A stretch of DNA of 20,004 bases, taken from positions 1 to 20,004 of the forward strand of contig CAZQBY010000014.1 in assembly GCA_964592405.1 (NCBI GenBank), given 5' to 3'. The translations under genes were made by a program, and so were the position numbers. Within the stretch, counting starts at the first letter, position 1; every line of letters begins with the position of its first letter. This document shows, piece after piece, positions 16,569 through 20,004 of the stretch. The DNA comes from an uncultured archaeon (GTDB lineage Archaea > Altiarchaeota > Altiarchaeia > JAFGQM01). Under the pieces are notes generated by a model. It was given only the letters and a program-made list of their open reading frames with translations, searched no databases and was not told the DNA's origin.

Positions 16569-17085
16569 AAAAGGAACCAGGATTATAAAGAGGCGCACTC
16601 CTAGAGGGAGAACTGCCATCCACTACGTCAAAAAGAAGCCAAGAAAAGCCTCATGTGCTCTTTGTGGAGCCCTGCTTGGGGGCATTCCCAACGCCCTGCC
16701 GAGCGAGCTAAAGAAGATGACTCGGAGCCAGAGGCGTGTTTCCAGAATATTTGGCGGCGTCCTCTGTAGCAGATGCACCAAGAGGGTTGAGAAATACAGG
16801 TTGCGCATGGAGGAAGGCGTTGCAATAAAACGCGACCTGAGAATTGAGAAATTCCTGCCGAGGGGATGGTATGCCTCCCTGAGCGTCAAAGCAAAAGTCA
16901 AAGAAGCAGTTGCCGAAACCGGAGAGGAGACTGCTGCAGAAGCAGTAAAAGAGACCGGGGCCAAGAAGGCCGAGAAGCCCAAAAAGACGGCAACAAAGGC
17001 AGCTGCAAAACCCAAGGCGAAGAAAGAGTCCGGGACCAAGGAGGGAACCAAGAAGTCGGCGCAGAAAAAGGCGGCTGGTAAGTAA
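16549..17085 (+). CDS. rpl34e: 50S ribosomal protein eL34 with about 65 aa K/A/E-rich C-terminal tail
   Basis: RRTPRGR, CALCGALLGGIP, RVSRIFGGVLCSRC; ATG 16549. Confidence 0.95.
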   Translation: MKQQKSRKGTRIIKRRTPRGRTAIHYVKKKPRKASCALCGALLGGIPNALPSELKKMTRSQRRVSRIFGGVLCSRCTKRVEKYRLRMEEGVAIKRDLRIEKFLPRGWYASLSVKAKVKEAVAETGEETAAEAVKETGAKKAEKPKKTATKAAAKPKAKKESGTKEGTKKSAQKKAAGK

Positions 17086-17086
17086 G

Positions 17087-17608
17087 ATGATAGTGACTGT
17101 CGGGGGATCAATAGGTAGCGGGAAGACTACTTTGGCCAAAAATCTCGCCAGAAAACTGGGCTTAAAATATTACTCGGTGGGCCAAATGATGCGCAGACTT
17201 GCTGATGAGAGGGGCATTTCTGTCCTAGACTTGAGTCTTATGGCGGAGGACGATCCGAGCATAGACCAGCAGCTTGACACCAAGCAGAAAGAGCTCGCTA
17301 GCGAGGGGAACTGTGTCATGGACTCAAGGCTTGGGGCATATCTCCTGGATGCGGACTTCAAGATATGGCTGGATGCTTCCCCTCAGGTGCAGGCCGAACG
17401 CATAGCCGGCAGGGACGGCATTTCGCTGGAAGAAGCCAAGATGCGTATAGCCCGCCGGGAAGCCAGTGAGAACAAGCGCTATCGTGAGATATATGGTATT
17501 GATGTCGAAAACCGTTCGGTTTATGACCTTATCCTCAATACCGACAATATGACAAAGGAAGAAGTTCTAAAAAAGTGCCTTGATGCTCTAAAATCAAAGT
17601 GTCTGTAG
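17087..17608 (+). CDS. cmk: Cytidylate kinase (archaeal type)
   Basis: GSIGSGKTT, IDQQLD, MDSRLG, RREASENKRYREIYGID, YDLILNT. Confidence 0.96.
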   Translation: MIVTVGGSIGSGKTTLAKNLARKLGLKYYSVGQMMRRLADERGISVLDLSLMAEDDPSIDQQLDTKQKELASEGNCVMDSRLGAYLLDADFKIWLDASPQVQAERIAGRDGISLEEAKMRIARREASENKRYREIYGIDVENRSVYDLILNTDNMTKEEVLKKCLDALKSKCL

Positions 17609-17651
17609 TTTTTATACTGCAAATATCAAATTTAACAGCATTGCCCAAAAA

Positions 17652-17918
17652 ATGGTTGCTATAGAAGTCGGAAGAGTCTGCAAGAAACTTACCGGGAGGG
17701 AGGCCGGCCGATATTGTGTGGTGGTGGACCTGATAGATGACAGTTACCTCTTGGTTACAGGGCCCAAAGGAATCAGCGGGGTTAAGAGAAGGAAATGCAA
17801 TATCCTCCATCTTGAACCGACAGAGAACAAAGTTGATATAAAAAAAGGGGCATCTGACGAAGAGGTTAAAAAGGCTCTCAAAAAGAGCAATCTTGTCGAA
17901 AAAGTCAAGCTTCGGTAG
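17652..17918 (+). CDS. rpl14e: 50S ribosomal protein eL14
   Basis: IEVGRVCKKLTGREAG, LVTGPK, VKRRKCNILHLEPT. Confidence 0.98.
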   Translation: MVAIEVGRVCKKLTGREAGRYCVVVDLIDDSYLLVTGPKGISGVKRRKCNILHLEPTENKVDIKKGASDEEVKKALKKSNLVEKVKLR

Positions 17919-18023
17919 CACACATCCTATATGGTCTTTCTGTTATTATCCTCTCAGCTTCTAAATCTCTGAATTCGGAATTGAATATCTGGAATTGAAC
18001 AATTTCCAGACCGGTGTCAGACC

Positions 18024-19019
18024 ATGTCGGAGATACTTATAAAATCTGAAGACGTAACCAGCCAAGACTATGGTTGCGCACCAGACAGGAGGCCGATTGA
18101 AGAGCTTCTGAGGAAGGGGGTAGTGAACCTAGATAAGCCCCGGGGACCCACCTCACATCAGGTCGCCTCTTGGATTAAAGACATCCTCGGCGTCAAAACC
18201 GGGCATGGCGGCACGCTCGATCCGGCAGTCTCCGGCTGCCTTCCGATTTTCCTGGGATCCGCTACCCGGCTTTCAGACCTTATGTTACTCTCGGGTAAGG
18301 AGTATGTCTGCCTGATGAGGCTCCATGCTCATGCCACAAAGAAGAATATAACCTCCCTCCTCAAGAAATTTCAGGGCAACATATATCAGCGCCCCCCAGT
18401 CAAGAGTTCTGTAAAGCGGGTTCTGCGGAAGCGGCGGGTGTATGAAACCGAGCTTCTGGAGATCTCTGACAACAATATCCTCTTCCGTATATCATGTGAG
18501 GCCGGCACCTACATAAGAAAATACTGCCACGATTTTGGTTTGATACTGGGGACAGAGGCACATATGCAGGAGTTGAGAAGGATCAGGAGCGGAGTATTCA
18601 CCGAAGATGATACTCTTGTTACGCTGCACGACCTAAAAGATGCCTATGTTTTTTGGAAGGAGGGAGGAGAAGAGAGGTTTATAAGGCGGTGTGTCCTGCC
18701 CATGGAGTATGCCGTGCAGAATGTACCAAAACTCTGGGTGAGGGATTCTGCAATAGATGCCCTATGCCACGGGTCGGATCTTGCAGCTCCGGGGGTCGTC
18801 AGGATGGAGAAATTCGGCAAGGGCAAGACGGTAGCTGTCATGTCGCTAAAAGGCGAACTGGTCGCATTGGGCGAGGCGCTGGAGACTACCGAGAGCATAC
18901 TGCGCGCAAAGAAGGGCTTTGTTGTCAGGACAGACCGCGTTTTCATGGAGCCCGGCACTTACCCAAAGAGATGGAAAACACAGAGTGAAAATACAAAAGA
19001 CAGCAGAAATGGAAACTGA
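18024..19019 (+). CDS. cbf5: H/ACA RNA-guided / tRNA pseudouridine synthase Cbf5
   Basis: LDKPRGPTSHQV, GHGGTLDP (catalytic Asp), YQRPP, CEAGTYIRK, MQELRR, C-terminal PUA domain. Confidence 0.98.
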   Translation: MSEILIKSEDVTSQDYGCAPDRRPIEELLRKGVVNLDKPRGPTSHQVASWIKDILGVKTGHGGTLDPAVSGCLPIFLGSATRLSDLMLLSGKEYVCLMRLHAHATKKNITSLLKKFQGNIYQRPPVKSSVKRVLRKRRVYETELLEISDNNILFRISCEAGTYIRKYCHDFGLILGTEAHMQELRRIRSGVFTEDDTLVTLHDLKDAYVFWKEGGEERFIRRCVLPMEYAVQNVPKLWVRDSAIDALCHGSDLAAPGVVRMEKFGKGKTVAVMSLKGELVALGEALETTESILRAKKGFVVRTDRVFMEPGTYPKRWKTQSENTKDSRNGN

Positions 19020-19605
19020 CCATTACTTTTCAAAAAAACCCAGATCGAAACCAAAACCCAGAACTTTGAGGCTTTTCATCAGTGGAAAACAAATAGTGTT
19101 CAGGACTTCATCCGGCATCTTTTCACCAAAGAGAATAGACAAAGCCACATTGCTTCTTATAGAAAATATGCGACTTGGAGACAAGATATTAGATCTTGGC
19201 TGTGGCTATGGCCCCATAGGTATAGCTGCTGCCCACCTCAAACCCGGATGTAGTGTAACTATGGTGGAAATAAATGAGCGCGCTGCAATGCTTGCACGTG
19301 AGAACCTCTCCCTGAACCACACCAAAAATGTGCGTGTTATAGAGTCGGATTTCTTTGAGAAAGTTGATGATAGATTTGACACAATTCTTATGAATCCCCC
19401 CATGGCCCTAGGACTCAAACGAATTTTCCTGTTGATTGAGGAGTGCCGGGAGCATCTGGCCGTGGGCGGAACCCTCCAGATAGTCGCGCGCCACAATAAG
19501 GGCGGCGCGCGCATAGCTGCGCGCATGCAGGAGGTTTTTGGAAATGTAGAGACCCTAGCCAAGAGCGGAGGGTTCAGGGTTTATATGTCAGTTCGCTCAA
19601 AATAA
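19009..19605 (+). CDS. Class I SAM-dependent methyltransferase (MTS / RsmC-like)
   Basis: HYFSKKP, SGIFS...ID, LDLGCGYG, NPP; start reassigned to ATG 19009, overlapping the cbf5 end. Confidence 0.92.
   Translation: METDHYFSKKPRSKPKPRTLRLFISGKQIVFRTSSGIFSPKRIDKATLLLIENMRLGDKILDLGCGYGPIGIAAAHLKPGCSVTMVEINERAAMLARENLSLNHTKNVRVIESDFFEKVDDRFDTILMNPPMALGLKRIFLLIEECREHLAVGGTLQIVARHNKGGARIAARMQEVFGNVETLAKSGGFRVYMSVRSK
19580..19586 (+). promoter_or_regulatory. Possible TATA box for the tRNA-Ser cassette array
   Basis: TTTATAT inside the MTase 3' end, about 30 nt before the first acceptor-stem cassette at 19617; no clear TATA closer to the tRNA. Confidence 0.35.
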
Positions 19606-19656
19606 TCGCTTTTCTTGCTGAGGTCTGGCTCGCGGGCGCCGGGACTTCATGCTCGT

Positions 19657-19762
19657 AGCCCTCAGCGCTCATAAGCAGAGAGAATATCTCATGCTGAGCT
19701 TGGGCGAACCTTCGGTTCGCAGCCCTCAGCGCTCATAAGCAGAGAGAATACCTCATGCTGAG
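19657..19762 (+). repeat. 42-bp direct repeat x2 (period 64) joining tRNA 3' acceptor strand, linker and 5' acceptor strand
   Basis: AGCCCTCAGCGCTCATAAGCAGAGAGAATA(T/C)CTCATGCTGAG at 19657-19698 and 19721-19762; one mismatch. Confidence 0.95.
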
Positions 19763-19840
19763 GTGGCGGAATCTGGTAACGCGCTGGACTGCTAATCCAG
19801 TGACCTTCGGGTCTTCCGGGTTCAAATCCCGGCCTCAGCG
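19757..19840 (+). tRNA. tRNA-Ser (anticodon GCT)
   Basis: Acceptor GCTGAGG/CCTCAGC plus discriminator G; anticodon arm CTGGA-CTGCTAA-TCCAG; long variable arm GACC-TTCG-GGTC; T arm CCGGG-TTCAAAT-CCCGG; no intron; CCA not encoded. Confidence 0.97.
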
Positions 19841-20004
19841 CTTCCTTCTCTAGGCAACGCCCCGCGCCGAGGCGTCTGTTCACCTGTTTGCCGAGCTTAT
19901 TCGCCCAGGTGAACATCCCGGCCTCAGCGCTTCCTTCTCTAGGCAACGCCCCCGCGCCGAGGCGTCTGTTCACCTGTTTGCCGAGCTTATTCGCCCAGGT
20001 GAAC
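19826..20004 (+). repeat. 89/90-bp tandem repeat starting with the last 15 nt of the tRNA
   Basis: Copy 1 at 19826-19914, copy 2 at 19915-20004; identical except C4 vs C5 run; each starts ATCCCGGCCTCAGCG; may continue past the window end. Confidence 0.93.

Noticed and set aside
17609-17616. TTTTTATA after the cmk stop as a promoter for eL14
   Set aside because: Equally consistent with a short T-tract terminator, no clear BRE; cannot be resolved from sequence.
17977-17999. GGAATTGAA x2 resembling the 3' end of archaeal CRISPR repeats
   Set aside because: Only 9 bp, 14 nt apart, no spacer-sized periodicity.
18919-19008. N-terminal extensions of the MTase (and of uL14 at 6876-6926)
   Set aside because: Long overlaps with the upstream genes from TTG starts; family-typical N-termini begin at ATG 19009 and ATG 6927.
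19617-19731. Split or permuted tRNA halves
   Set aside because: Units A and B lack recognisable D, anticodon or T arms and clear bulge-helix-bulge motifs; the neighbouring tRNA-Ser is complete.
19657-19762. CRISPR array
   Set aside because: Only two 42-bp repeats with a 22-nt insert, repeats consist of tRNA acceptor strands, and no cas genes in the window.
19689-19973. 94-aa minus-strand ORF
   Set aside because: Antisense shadow of the tRNA and repeats; its internal peptide repeat mirrors the DNA repeat.
1-20004. Recoding, frameshifts, inteins or missing operon genes
   Set aside because: All expected genes are present and open in the standard code; no intein-sized insertions or internal stops were seen.

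Overview
Archaeal core-genome window, all genes on the + strand, holding the complete S10-spc ribosomal protein superoperon: uL3-uL4-uL23-uL2-uS19-uL22-uS3-uL29-aIF1(SUI1)-Rpp29-uS17-uL14-uL24-eS4-uL5-uS14-uS8-uL6-eL32-eL19-uL18-uS5-uL30-uL15-SecY-Adk-DUF106/EMC3-eL34-Cmk-eL14-Cbf5-MTase-tRNA-Ser(GCT), preceded by an orphan GNAT-like ORF. The uL4 loop insertion, the Zn-less uS17 N-terminus and the DUF106 insert suggest a DPANN-type lineage (inference). Three things stand out. (1) The tRNA-Ser sits in a tandem array of cassettes bracketed by copies of its own acceptor stem but with non-tRNA hairpin interiors, and a related cassette lies at the very start of the window. (2) Six ribosomal proteins carry 65-140 aa low-complexity charged tails, two of them built from 12-bp tandem repeats. 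(3) There are structured leader/intergenic regions before uL3, Rpp29 and Cbf5. All calls come from reading the sequence and recalled family motifs; no searches were run.
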